A stretch of DNA of 64,000 nucleotides from Spirochaetia bacterium (GCA_963666985.2 CAXXIA010000002.1:512001-576000), one strand, 5' to 3'. Positions 1 through 9,962 are shown, counted from the stretch's first letter. A program made the numbers and translations. Notes: generated from the letters alone by a model not told the origin.

Positions 1-23
1 TCAACGCCGTATACGCCTGTTAG

Positions 24-88
24 AAAGCGAGTCCTGAGGGTTTTTGATTATCGGATTTATGCAATTTCATGAATTATGAAATTGCCTT
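24..88. repeat. Dispersed palindromic intergenic repeat, copy 1 (core GCAATTTCAT-GAATT-ATGAAATTGC at 61-85)
   Basis: Perfect 10-bp inverted-repeat core; the reverse complement of 24-88 aligns by eye with 8587-8650. Confidence 0.75.
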
Positions 89-263
89 GATAAAGCGTCG
101 GATTTTTCGCGAGGGCCGAAAAAACGGAAACAAGATCCCCCTGCGTTATAATAATGCCGTATTCAAAGGCGGCTCCGAAAAATCGGCCTTACGTTCCGTT
201 TTTGTCGGCCGTTTTGCCGCTTATTTTTATATTCATTGATTTCATTGGTACGGAAGAATTGTC

Positions 264-1007
264 ATGAAGAAACAGGAAACGGACATCTATGAGAAACTGA
301 TCGGGGAATTTAAATCCCTGATAGAATCGGAAAACCTTTGGAATGAAGAGGTTATCATCACCGGAAGAACGCTCACCAATCAGGAAGCCATCGGAACTCC
401 CGACAGAACGGATTTTCCCCTTCTTACGGGAAAAGAAGCACTGATGGAAGCCCGGTTTAAGGATTCCCGCGGTCAAGCTTTCACCGAATGTCCCGGTCCT
501 TTCCGGGGAACATTGAAAGATATTATTGATTCCGCGCTTGAATCCAATCATAAAAGAGCCGTTTTCGTCGCCTCGCTGAACGCGGTGACATCATATCTGA
601 AAAAGACTGAAGGAACGGTTCATTGCCGGGATAACGAGCCCGAAATCTGCGCGGAGAAACTGAGCGAATTCATTCGGGAAAAACACGAGAATCCCAAAAT
701 AGCCCTGGTAGGCTACCAGCCGAGCATGCTGGAAAACCTCAGCCGCGGTTTTGATGTTCGTGTTCTGGATTTGGACCGGGAAAAAATCGGCAGTATCCGT
801 TACGGTGTTACCGTTGAATCAGGACAAGACGATTGGCCGAAAGTCCGGGAGTGGTGCGACATCATCCTCTGCACCGGCAGCACCCTGGCGAACGGAACCC
901 TGCCGAATTATCTTACGGACAAACCGGTTTACTTTTTCGGCACAACCATCGCCGGAGCGGCGGAACTTCTGGGCTTCAAACGCCTCTGTCCCTGTTCTTC
1001 AACATAA
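264..1007 (+). CDS. DUF364/Rossmann-like domain protein (putative heavy-metal chelation family)
   Basis: 247-aa ORF with GQAFT, TVHC..EPEIC, IALVGYQP, TGSTLANGT and FGTTIAG motifs typical of this family. Confidence 0.7.
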   Translation: MKKQETDIYEKLIGEFKSLIESENLWNEEVIITGRTLTNQEAIGTPDRTDFPLLTGKEALMEARFKDSRGQAFTECPGPFRGTLKDIIDSALESNHKRAVFVASLNAVTSYLKKTEGTVHCRDNEPEICAEKLSEFIREKHENPKIALVGYQPSMLENLSRGFDVRVLDLDREKIGSIRYGVTVESGQDDWPKVREWCDIILCTGSTLANGTLPNYLTDKPVYFFGTTIAGAAELLGFKRLCPCSST

Positions 1008-1067
1008 GAATCGAATTTTTTGCATTGACGGACAAAATCGGCCGTCAATGCAAAATTAAAGGACTTG

Positions 1068-1110
1068 AGCGCACAGGAAACCAAAAGCCTCCTGTACGCT
1101 TTTTTTATTT
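1068..1110. terminator. Probable intrinsic terminator between convergent genes
   Basis: AGCGCACAGGA...TCCTGTACGCT stem (one mismatch) followed by a T-run. Confidence 0.5.
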
Positions 1111-3127
1111 ATCGATATTCAAGATCCTCGCAGAGCCGATAGAAGGTATTCGAAAAGTCCGTAAAGAATCCGTCAACACCGGCTTCCAAAAGGTCCTTCA
1201 TCTGCCGATAGCCGCCTTCTCCTTCTCCGGGATATCCGTCGTTCGAATACCCCAAGTTCTTGATGTATGTGGGAAGAGAGTCGTTACGGACCGTATAGGA
1301 ATGTACCTGAAGACCGGCGGCATGAGCGAGTGTAACGTAGTCGGTCTTTACACCCGTACTGTTACCGATAATCAGCTTCTGATTCGGTCCGACCCCATAG
1401 GCATACTCGGCGATTCGGGCGAAATCCTCGGCGGAGCTCATATCCGCGTAGGAATATTGATTGCCGTACGGAACCGTAGACGAGTCGTTACTGACCAGCT
1501 GAATAAGGCGGATATCCGTCTTGGCGCTCAGTTCCATGAGATTCGTATCTTCAAAAGACTGAATCAGGACGGGCGAGGTCTCATCCGTGTAGCCGTATTT
1601 ATTGAGGATTCGAAGCAGCTCATCCTCCATGGGAAGGCCCCAATCCTTATGCAGTTGAGGAGCCTTAGTCTCAATATACAGCCCGATAACCTTGTTCAGT
1701 CGCTTGGATTCGCTCCGGATGAATTGAACGGCTTCCTCGAATGTGGGTATGGAGCCCACTTTATAATCAAAGGTATGACTTACCGTTCGCGGAGTCGTCG
1801 TGCTGTTATACCGCTCTTTCAGAAGCAGAGTTCCGAGTTCCTCCCGAGTAAAATCCTTGGGCAGCCACACCCGGTCTTCGTAGTCAACAACGGTTCCGGA
1901 CGCGTTTACCGGTTCTCCCTCATCATTCACGGCGTACCGATCCGGGAATTTATCTTCCACGTCCGTCGTGGCGCTCAGCGTCACATCATGAAGACACATA
2001 AGAACACCGTCCTTGGAGCTGACGACGTCCTGTTCCACATAGTCCGCCCCCCATTCGATGGCAAGCCGGTATGCTTCAATACTGTGCTCGGGCCGGGCGC
2101 CGCTCGCACCGCGGTGCGCTATGATAAGGGGGTAAGGATCCGTCGAGTCCAGCACAATCCGGATATCGGCGGTATCGCTTCCGGCGCGGCTTCCATCCGC
2201 GGCGTAGGCGAGGACATCGACCCTATAGTACCCCGGAACTTCGTCTTCGCCGAAGCAGAAGCACGATCCGCAGGTGGAACGGAGTTCACCGTTGATATAC
2301 CAGAAATAGACAATGTTCCCGGAGTAATCGGCGACACTCGCGCAGAGAGTGCCGGAACTTCCGTAGACTTGAGTTTCGGATGCCCCGGAAAGCGTCACCT
2401 CAAGAGGATTCTGCATATCCGCGTCGATGCTTACGGAGATGCTTCCTCCCGTCGAGTTGATATTGGAAAATTCGTAGCTGCCGCTGGTTTCCTGATCGGC
2501 GATAATCCGAACAATCTCCACCGCGCCGGCCACGGATGTTTCGCCGTCTTTAAGGATAAGGGACAGTGTGTAATAACCGTTGCCCACCTCGGAACTGGAG
2601 TATGAGGCGGTCGAATCGGAAATCTCGAATTCCAATTCCTGGGCCGTTCCCAGAGCCGGTGTCAGCGTGGCGTAAATCGAAGGGGAGAGAACATCCTCCG
2701 AGGGCCAGCTTACCGAGACGGACAGGGTTCCCGTTCCCTCAATGGGCTCCACCGAAACATTAACCGAAGCCGCATCAGAACCCACGGTAACGGTTGATGT
2801 GCCGGAACCGATCAGCATTCCCGATTCGTTAAGGGCGTACACCAGGATTGTCCAGGAACCGTAATCCAGTCCCTTCGCGGTAACCGATTCACCGGTCGTC
2901 GTGGCCGCGAAGGACGCGCCGTCCGGACCGGATCCCGTTATCGTATACGAATATACATCCATGCTTATGGACGGAACCAAGGTCAATGCGCTGACCGAGT
3001 TCTCTATTTCCACAGTCAAACTGCCCGAACCGGAGTCGGACAATGCCGCGCCGCAGCCGATTATGGACGCAACGAGCGCGAACGCCGCCAGGGCGGCCGC
3101 AAGAATCCCAAAACGATTCTTTTTCAC
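1109..3127 (-). CDS. Exported lipoprotein with Ser/Thr-rich beta-sandwich N-terminal region and C-terminal glycerophosphodiester phosphodiesterase (GlpQ-like) domain
   Basis: IIAHRGASG..PEH, EQDV..SKDG...HD, IETK, IQSF and GVDGFFTD GDPD motifs; signal peptide ending IIGC; GTG start at 3127 follows a GGGAGA RBS. Confidence 0.85.
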   Translation of the reverse strand: MKKNRFGILAAALAAFALVASIIGCGAALSDSGSGSLTVEIENSVSALTLVPSISMDVYSYTITGSGPDGASFAATTTGESVTAKGLDYGSWTILVYALNESGMLIGSGTSTVTVGSDAASVNVSVEPIEGTGTLSVSVSWPSEDVLSPSIYATLTPALGTAQELEFEISDSTASYSSSEVGNGYYTLSLILKDGETSVAGAVEIVRIIADQETSGSYEFSNINSTGGSISVSIDADMQNPLEVTLSGASETQVYGSSGTLCASVADYSGNIVYFWYINGELRSTCGSCFCFGEDEVPGYYRVDVLAYAADGSRAGSDTADIRIVLDSTDPYPLIIAHRGASGARPEHSIEAYRLAIEWGADYVEQDVVSSKDGVLMCLHDVTLSATTDVEDKFPDRYAVNDEGEPVNASGTVVDYEDRVWLPKDFTREELGTLLLKERYNSTTTPRTVSHTFDYKVGSIPTFEEAVQFIRSESKRLNKVIGLYIETKAPQLHKDWGLPMEDELLRILNKYGYTDETSPVLIQSFEDTNLMELSAKTDIRLIQLVSNDSSTVPYGNQYSYADMSSAEDFARIAEYAYGVGPNQKLIIGNSTGVKTDYVTLAHAAGLQVHSYTVRNDSLPTYIKNLGYSNDGYPGEGEGGYRQMKDLLEAGVDGFFTDFSNTFYRLCEDLEYR

Positions 3128-3519
3128 TTTTTTTCTCCCAATGTGTTTCAATCACCGGATGAACGGAACCATACCGGGAAACCGGCAAATTCCATGATCC
3201 GCACCAATATCCAAATCCTCGGGAATTAAAAAGACATAAGAGAAGGGTTAATAATAATTAACAAATCCATCCGTAACGGTTAAAAGATTTAATCAATTGA
3301 GGCTCTTTCAAAATACGCTCACCAAACAGCTGCGATATTCAGCTTTCCGGTGGATTTGATAAAAAGACGGCGAGCGGAGTCCGCAGCTCATCGCCTCCGG
3401 AATCCGTCTGTAAAAAAACATGGCCGCGCGGCTCTTTTTTCGCTGTATGATATTAGTGAGTACAAAGTACCGAATCATTAGACGGATGTACCGTCATATC
3501 GATTGCAGACGAGGTGATT

Positions 3520-3942
3520 ATGGAAAGAAAAAAATTTGACGATTATATTAACCGTTTCAACGCAAGAGATGAAACAGCCTTCGAAGATTACATTCATCCC
3601 GATGCCAAAGTAATCAACGGAACGCTCGAAATCCATGGGATGCAGGGCATGAAAGACCACTACGCCAAGATATGGAAATCCATTTCCGAAGAACTGCACG
3701 TGGAACGCTTTGTGAGTGACGATCACACACTTGCAATCCAAATGTGGACGCACTTTGCCGTGCAAAAAGACGATAAGGATTCCCCGTTCGGTCCGGTTAA
3801 GGCCGGGGAATCCTTTGATTATCACGGCGTGATTATGTATCGGATTGAAAACGATAAATTCACTGAGATAAAAGTCGCCTATCTCAGTTTTGCCCGCACG
3901 GACCTAACGGGAAAAACAACCGAACTCGGGATTCCGCATTAG
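3520..3942 (+). CDS. SnoaL-like / NTF2-family protein
   Basis: ~140 aa; FN.RD...F..Y.HPD, G.....K.HY and Y.IENDK pattern; GAGGTG RBS. Confidence 0.75.
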   Translation: MERKKFDDYINRFNARDETAFEDYIHPDAKVINGTLEIHGMQGMKDHYAKIWKSISEELHVERFVSDDHTLAIQMWTHFAVQKDDKDSPFGPVKAGESFDYHGVIMYRIENDKFTEIKVAYLSFARTDLTGKTTELGIPH

Positions 3943-3970
3943 TCATTTTTCCCGCCGCTTCCGAGCCCGG

Positions 3971-5158
3971 CTATTCCTCTTTTTCCGTTTCAAACGGCCT
4001 GTGATACCCGAGACCCGCAGAATACCCGAACTCCGCGAGTCCGTGCCCCTTCACCCCGTTGAGAACCACCGAACAATAAGCCTCGTTCACCTCGAATCGA
4101 TTATTGTTCATCAGCCAGGGCATCTCGGGCTGCCTGCGGTCCACTTCCAGAACACAGCGGCCCGATCCCGTCACGCTGAAATCCAAATTGAACTTCGCCG
4201 GTATAATACCGTCGTTCCCAACATCCATCGGATCAACCACGCCGTTCACGGGAAGAACACCGCCTTCCCCGGCAATCCATCCGGAGGCCAGCCTCTTGAA
4301 CGAATCCCCGTAATCCACCGCGTGAATCGCCGCGTAGCGGGCCTTTACCCCGGCAATCGGCACTTCTTCATCCAGCGCCAGAACGGTCCAGATATATCGG
4401 TTGATGAAATTCCAGTTCCTTTTCCCCCAGGAATGATCCCTCACCCCCCGCATATCGATGCCGATCGTCTTCTCACCTTCGATATCAACAGCCCCCGTAA
4501 GACGCCCTCCCTGCTCGATGCGCACCTGCTTCTCGGAGCGGATGCGCTCGAAATACTCCCGGCTCCAGGGCATCTCGGCCATGGCCAGCCCCATTCCCCG
4601 GGCATCCATGCAATCGGCCGAACAATAAAGAGGCCCGTCGGCCGTCCAGGTTAAATTAACCTTCGACGGCCGCCCCTCCAGCAAACCCTCATAAGAAATC
4701 CGCCAAACCCCGTCTTCCATCCTCTCGTATGTCAAACCCGAAGAAGAAATGAGCGACTGGTCGGCATCGGCGCGGCCCGTAACGAACCGCTCGCCGTTGG
4801 CAAACCGCCGGCCTCCGAAAGCACCCCAGAACCAGATTTCGGCAATCTCGCCGGCGTCCCGAAATCCCAGACGCGTTAAAAGAACATTCCCGGCGCCGTC
4901 GGCGCCCTGAAAAACGAAGGAATCATTATAATCCTTCACCTCGATGCCCTCGGGCACCGGTACACGGGCCTCCGCGGGAGCCGACGACTGCCACTCCGGT
5001 TTATCCTTAGTCCTGGCGCCGGACTTAACCATGGCGATTGCAGCGGCGTTTTTAAGACGGCTTCCTCCGTTGGGCACCAGTCCGTCACGGCGGCGCGGAC
5101 GGGAGAAAAGCAGCAAAAGGAAACAGAGAACGACAATGGAAATAATGATGGGTACCAA
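3971..5158 (-). CDS. Membrane-anchored protein of unknown function with RDHSWG-x-R-x-W motif (lipocalin/AttH/tocopherol-cyclase-like beta fold inferred)
   Basis: Long ORF; TTG start at 5158 follows an AAGGAG RBS; N-terminal TM helix; NDSFVFQG, EMPWSREYF, EQGG and GVRDHSWGKRNW motifs. Confidence 0.65.
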   Translation of the reverse strand: MVPIIISIVVLCFLLLLFSRPRRRDGLVPNGGSRLKNAAAIAMVKSGARTKDKPEWQSSAPAEARVPVPEGIEVKDYNDSFVFQGADGAGNVLLTRLGFRDAGEIAEIWFWGAFGGRRFANGERFVTGRADADQSLISSSGLTYERMEDGVWRISYEGLLEGRPSKVNLTWTADGPLYCSADCMDARGMGLAMAEMPWSREYFERIRSEKQVRIEQGGRLTGAVDIEGEKTIGIDMRGVRDHSWGKRNWNFINRYIWTVLALDEEVPIAGVKARYAAIHAVDYGDSFKRLASGWIAGEGGVLPVNGVVDPMDVGNDGIIPAKFNLDFSVTGSGRCVLEVDRRQPEMPWLMNNNRFEVNEAYCSVVLNGVKGHGLAEFGYSAGLGYHRPFETEKEE

Positions 5159-5307
5159 GGCGGGGCTCCTTAAAAAAATGAATACGGCCGGATGCGCTTT
5201 CTTGATTCTATCATGAAGCCCTATTAGGATGGACAGATGGTTTTGAGCTTCAAAATTAAGCCTGCAAAACCACATCCAACATACCGCCGCGCCCCACGGA
5301 GGTCATC

Positions 5308-7875
5308 ATGCCCATCATTCCCATCGAAGAACTCAAACCCGGCACGGGAGGCGGCAAAGCCTCCGGACTCGCGGAACTCGCACGGCTGGGACTCAGGGTT
5401 CCGCCCGCTTTGGTGATCCCCGAAGCCGATCCGCTGAACCTTCCCCAAGACATTGAACGACGCTGGAAGTCGATGGAGGGCGGCCCCGCGGCCGTCCGTT
5501 CTTCCGGATCGGATGAGGACGCCGATGAAGCCTCGGCCGCGGGTCAGTTCGAAACCTTTCTGAACGTTTCCCCGGAGAATCTGACCGACGCGGTCCGCCG
5601 ATGCGCCGAATCGGTACAATCCGAACGGGTTCTCGCCTACGGAAAGGAGCTCTCCGGTTCCACAGGCGGCAACATGTCCGTCGTTATCCAGGCCATGGTT
5701 AAGCCCGTCCGCGCCGGAGTGGTGTTCACCGCACACCCCATCACCGGAGAAAAAAACGTCATGGTTGTGGAAGCCGTGGCGTCCCTCGGCGAAGAGCTGG
5801 TGTCCGGCCATGCCGAAGCCGCCCGCTACATCCTGAATAACCCGCCGGCCGGCGGCATTGGCGGCGGCGAAACAGGCAAAATCGCTCCCGATACTCCCCG
5901 CGGACAGAACATTCCCGCGGGCGCTCCCGGATTCGCCGAGAAGTCCGCCGCCGGCAGCGAAAGCGGACTGATTCGGAACTCTTCCGGAAATCTCGAATCG
6001 GCGGCCCTTGATGAAGAGACTCTGGAAACCATCCGCTCTGGCGCCGCTCTGGCCGCCGCCGAATGGGGCGTGCCTCTGGATCTGGAATGGGCCCTTGAAG
6101 AAGGCACCGGTTTACTTCATTGGCTGCAGGCACGCCCCATCACCGCCCTGACCGACTCTTTGGACAGTCACATCGGCCCCGAGACACTTGTTACCCGCTG
6201 CAACATCGGCGAAATGATGCCCGGAGCCGTAACGCCCCTGACGCTCTGTACTTTCGGCCGCTCCCTCAGCACGGGGCTGGCCGATTATTACAGAGGTTTC
6301 GGGGCCTTACCGCGAAAAGGGCCCGAACCGAGCTTCATAGAGAATTTCGAAGACCAGCTCTTCATGAACATGACCAACTTGTACATTATGAGTCATCGGG
6401 TTATGGGAGCCACCGTCGAAGGAACGGAGCTCAGCATTCTCGGTTATGTCTTGCCGCCGCACGAAGCGGGTCCTCAAGCCCCCTCCCATATAAAATTCAT
6501 CAACGGTCTGCGCTATGTCGGAAGTCTTTTCCGATGGAAAAAGAAACTCCAAGCTCTGAAAAAACTCGCTCAAAACAGCCGCATCGAAACAGACGGCCTG
6601 GACGCCGCCGAAATACTCAAGAAGTTCAAAAACGCTCATCCGCGTGTTATGAACCGTGCGGTAACGCTCCATTACGGTGCCAGTGCGTTTTCGGGCGCCA
6701 TGAACGCGGCTCTGGCCATGACCCTCTCGGGAGGATCGGCGGATGTCACCGAAGAGGCCAAGCGCCTCATGACCGACCTTTTGGCGGGAGTGGAAAACGT
6801 GGAAAGCGCCGCGGTCCTGGAAGGTCTGGAGGAACTGGCGTCCCTGATCCGAACCGAAGGCCTCGAAAGTCTGCTCGGTACAAAAAAAACTCCCGCCGGA
6901 GAGGTTCATGCCGCCCTTTTGGCTGACGAAGGCACTGTGGGAAATGCTTATCGGGCTTTCATGAACCGTCACGGCCACCGCTGCATCCGAGAAGCGGAAC
7001 TGCGGGAACCCGAATGGAACTTGAAGCCGGATCATCTGATCGAATCGCTTAAATCCCTTGTGTCTTTCCCGCCCAAGAAGACAACCTCGGCGGGGCCTGC
7101 GGCAGCCGAGAACAACACGGCAGCCGAGAACAACACGGCTTCCGCCCGGCAGTCAAAAACCGAACAGGAATTGCCCGATCTTCCCGAAGGGATTAATCCA
7201 AAAGTCATCGCCTGGATCGCCAAACAGGCTCGAAGCGGCGTCCGGGCCCGGGAAGAATCCAAATCCTACCTTATCCTGGTGATTCACCGCTTCAAAGTCG
7301 CCGCCAGAGCCCTGGCCGCCCGCTTGGAAGAAGAAGGGTTCCTTCCCGATGCCGACCTGGCCTACTTTCTCACCATGGACGAACTGACCGACCTCGTGGA
7401 AGGCCGCCGGACGGGACTCATCGGCCGCGCCCGGCGGCGCAGGCGGCTCTATCCCCAGCGCATGGAACTCCGCTTTCCGGATCTTTCTTGGGGCCGTCCG
7501 TCCCCGGAACCCCCGCCGGTTCCGGACGGCAAATCCGTTTTAAACGGAACACCGGTCAGCCGGGGCATTGTCGAAGGAACCGTCCGCATCGTAAAAACCC
7601 GCGAAGACGCCGAATCCCTTCGGGAAGGAGACATCATGGTGGCGCAGTTCACCGACATCGGATGGACACCGTTCTACAGCCGCGTCTCCGGCATGATTAC
7701 CGAAATCGGGGGGGCCCTCTCCCACGGTTCTGTCGTCGCCCGGGAATACGGGCTGCCGCTGGTGGGCGGTTTAAGCGGTGCCTGCACCTTTCTGAAAAAC
7801 GGCGACCGCGTAAGACTCGACGGCGGAAGCGGCAGCGTTATACTGCTTGATCGAGAGGAAGCGGCGGCACGATAA
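5308..7875 (+). CDS. PEP-synthase-superfamily ATP-dependent phosphotransferase (rifampin phosphotransferase / PigC architecture)
   Basis: N-terminal ATP-grasp (GGKA, AVRSS..DED...S.AGQFET, DLEWA, LQARPIT); central helical domain; C-terminal His swivel (TDIGWTP, GGALSHGSVVAREYG); GGAGG RBS. Confidence 0.85.
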   Translation: MPIIPIEELKPGTGGGKASGLAELARLGLRVPPALVIPEADPLNLPQDIERRWKSMEGGPAAVRSSGSDEDADEASAAGQFETFLNVSPENLTDAVRRCAESVQSERVLAYGKELSGSTGGNMSVVIQAMVKPVRAGVVFTAHPITGEKNVMVVEAVASLGEELVSGHAEAARYILNNPPAGGIGGGETGKIAPDTPRGQNIPAGAPGFAEKSAAGSESGLIRNSSGNLESAALDEETLETIRSGAALAAAEWGVPLDLEWALEEGTGLLHWLQARPITALTDSLDSHIGPETLVTRCNIGEMMPGAVTPLTLCTFGRSLSTGLADYYRGFGALPRKGPEPSFIENFEDQLFMNMTNLYIMSHRVMGATVEGTELSILGYVLPPHEAGPQAPSHIKFINGLRYVGSLFRWKKKLQALKKLAQNSRIETDGLDAAEILKKFKNAHPRVMNRAVTLHYGASAFSGAMNAALAMTLSGGSADVTEEAKRLMTDLLAGVENVESAAVLEGLEELASLIRTEGLESLLGTKKTPAGEVHAALLADEGTVGNAYRAFMNRHGHRCIREAELREPEWNLKPDHLIESLKSLVSFPPKKTTSAGPAAAENNTAAENNTASARQSKTEQELPDLPEGINPKVIAWIAKQARSGVRAREESKSYLILVIHRFKVAARALAARLEEEGFLPDADLAYFLTMDELTDLVEGRRTGLIGRARRRRRLYPQRMELRFPDLSWGRPSPEPPPVPDGKSVLNGTPVSRGIVEGTVRIVKTREDAESLREGDIMVAQFTDIGWTPFYSRVSGMITEIGGALSHGSVVAREYGLPLVGGLSGACTFLKNGDRVRLDGGSGSVILLDREEAAAR
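7100..7139 (+). repeat. In-frame 18-bp tandem duplication (AAENNT x2) in a linker
   Basis: CGGCAGCCGAGAACAACA occurs twice in tandem. Confidence 0.9.
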
Positions 7876-8026
7876 TCACTCAATCGGGATTGCGCGTCAG
7901 AGCGGGAGAAACGGCATTTACAGCAAGCGCCGCCACTGTTCCGCCCGCGGTTCAAAAACGCACCGTACGCGATAATTGATACGAAATTACAAGGATTTTA
8001 TAATAGACCCTCCGGAGGACAACTAA

Positions 8027-8512
8027 ATGACCAGCGAAGAAATGGAAAAAAAGATTCTGGAACTTGAAGCCCGTCTGCGGCGAACAGAAGACATCCAGGC
8101 AATCCATGCCGTTCAGCGGAAATATATCAATGCCCTGATCTGCACCGAGTGGGATATCTGTGCCGATACCTTTTCGAAAGACGCCAGAGTAGACGTTTAT
8201 CTGCATGATCCGGTTCAAGGGCGCGAGAATATTCGGCGATGGTTTAAAGAAGAACTTGCCCAAACCCACGCGGGAAAGGAAGGCGATATCCTGGTTCATC
8301 CCGAAATCACACTGGATGGGGATTCGGCTAAAGGCAAATGGCTTCTTTACATGCAGTACTCCTATCCGAGAACGGGCCAGGCTCTTTTCTGGGTACAGGG
8401 ATTCTATGAAAATGAATACGTCAGGGAAAACGGTGAATGGAAAATCAGTCTCATGAGCTGGAGTGAACGCATGGGACTTCCCGGCGGCGGACCGCCCGAA
8501 GGACTCTGGTAG
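8027..8512 (+). CDS. SnoaL_4 / BaiE-like NTF2-family protein
   Basis: L..RL...EDI.AI, P.I.LDGD.AKGKW and G.YENEYVRENGEWKI motifs; GGAGG RBS. Confidence 0.8.
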   Translation: MTSEEMEKKILELEARLRRTEDIQAIHAVQRKYINALICTEWDICADTFSKDARVDVYLHDPVQGRENIRRWFKEELAQTHAGKEGDILVHPEITLDGDSAKGKWLLYMQYSYPRTGQALFWVQGFYENEYVRENGEWKISLMSWSERMGLPGGGPPEGLW

Positions 8513-8586
8513 GAAATCCGTTTTCATGAGGAGCTCTTTGGGAACCGTTCCAATAGAGCCCTCATCCGATAAGGATTTTCACAACG

Positions 8587-8650
8587 AGGCAATTTTGTAA
8601 TTCATGAAATTGCTTCCATCCGATAGCCGAAATCCCTCGGAACTCGCTTT
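8587..8650. repeat. Dispersed palindromic intergenic repeat, copy 2 (inverted relative to copy 1)
   Basis: AGGCAATTTTGTAATTCATGAAATTGC...ATCCGATA...CCCTC...ACTCGCTTT matches the reverse complement of 24-88. Confidence 0.75.
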
Positions 8651-8759
8651 AAAATGGCTCTTTTAAAAAACCGCTGATATTTGAAATCACCTCAACGAGA
8701 GTTCCATTATCAGGCGGGCATTTTCCCGGCTCCCGCTTCCCGACTTCTTTATCGACTGT

Positions 8760-9962
8760 TCAATCCGAAATTTCCAATGTATCCAGAAAATCATGAAATC
8801 CTTTGGAAATAAACTTGTCCCGGCCTGAATTCTTAGCTTGATAGAGTCTTGTATCCGCCAGCTTCAGCATATCTTCGGGTTTGCCGCACTCCGTACATTC
8901 GGCAATCCCCATGCTGATGGTGATGTTCCAGGGAACACCGCTGAATGAAGAGGCTTTAAAGTTTTGCCCTAAACGCTCGGCCAGTTTCTCCGCCCCGATA
9001 ATGTCACAGTCGGCCAAAATAACAACAAACTCTTCTCCTCCGATTCTGTAAACCCGATCGGAATCCCTAATGGCCGAACACATCAGATTCGCGCCTTCCG
9101 TCAGTACGGAGTCGCCAATGGAATGCCCCAAGGTATCGTTCACTTTTTTAAAATGATCAATATCAATCATAATCATTGAGAATCTGATGCCGGACCGTTT
9201 GAAACGGGAGATAAAACCATTAAAATCTTCCAGCATCATCCGCCGGTTCAAAAGTTTTGTTAAGGAATCCTTGGTGCTGAGCTCTTTCAGCTCCCGTATG
9301 CTTTCGGCTAATTTCCATTCGGTCAGAACTCCGCGATTCCGAATGCTGCTTGTGGCATACAGACTGATCAAGCCTGCAAGAAAAAAAACGATAAGCTTTG
9401 CGGAGATTTCCACCGGTGATACGAATAATCGGTTCCCTAAAAGATAAGCCCCGATAACAATAACATCCGAAACAAATACAACCAGACAATATGTTATCGG
9501 CTTAATCCACATTGTAATACTTAAGAATAGGACGGAACCGATAATCGCGGAAAAATCCCTCGAAATCTGAAGATCCCAGGCCGCTAAGAACGCGTAACAA
9601 ATGACTAAAGCCAGAACAAAAAAAATCTGAATGGCAAAACACAAATTCTGCTTTATTCGATGAGCAAAAAAATAACTGACAACAAGAAAAAACACGGATA
9701 AAACCGCCATGGCGATAAATGTTCCCATATATTGCCGCGGCATGGGACAGACAATACGTTCATTGATAAAAAGCCGGCGAAAAATCATGATCAAACTCAT
9801 GAATAAACTTAAGGAGGCACCAATTCGAAGAAAAAAGCGGTTGTTTTCACAGCGGGCCGAATCGGCCTGTTTCCGGACTTCTTCGGGCAAATCCTTCAAA
9901 GTTAGAAATTGAAAATGAGATTTATCCTGCTCCGTATTCCCGTTATGCTTTTTAAAAATCAT
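8760..9962 (-). CDS. Membrane-bound diguanylate cyclase (GGDEF)
   Basis: Multiple N-terminal TM helices; DSLT.LLNRR, DIDHFK.VND.GH..GD, I-site RDSD five residues before GGEEF. Confidence 0.92.
   Translation of the reverse strand: MIFKKHNGNTEQDKSHFQFLTLKDLPEEVRKQADSARCENNRFFLRIGASLSLFMSLIMIFRRLFINERIVCPMPRQYMGTFIAMAVLSVFFLVVSYFFAHRIKQNLCFAIQIFFVLALVICYAFLAAWDLQISRDFSAIIGSVLFLSITMWIKPITYCLVVFVSDVIVIGAYLLGNRLFVSPVEISAKLIVFFLAGLISLYATSSIRNRGVLTEWKLAESIRELKELSTKDSLTKLLNRRMMLEDFNGFISRFKRSGIRFSMIMIDIDHFKKVNDTLGHSIGDSVLTEGANLMCSAIRDSDRVYRIGGEEFVVILADCDIIGAEKLAERLGQNFKASSFSGVPWNITISMGIAECTECGKPEDMLKLADTRLYQAKNSGRDKFISKGFHDFLDTLEISD

Noticed and set aside
833..2605. 590-aa + strand ORF
   Set aside because: Antisense shadow of the GDPD gene; no recognisable motifs and an atypical composition.
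5308..7875. Annotation as phosphoenolpyruvate synthase (ppsA) or a true rifampin resistance gene (rph)
   Set aside because: No C-terminal pyruvate-binding barrel; shared architecture alone does not establish rifamycin specificity.
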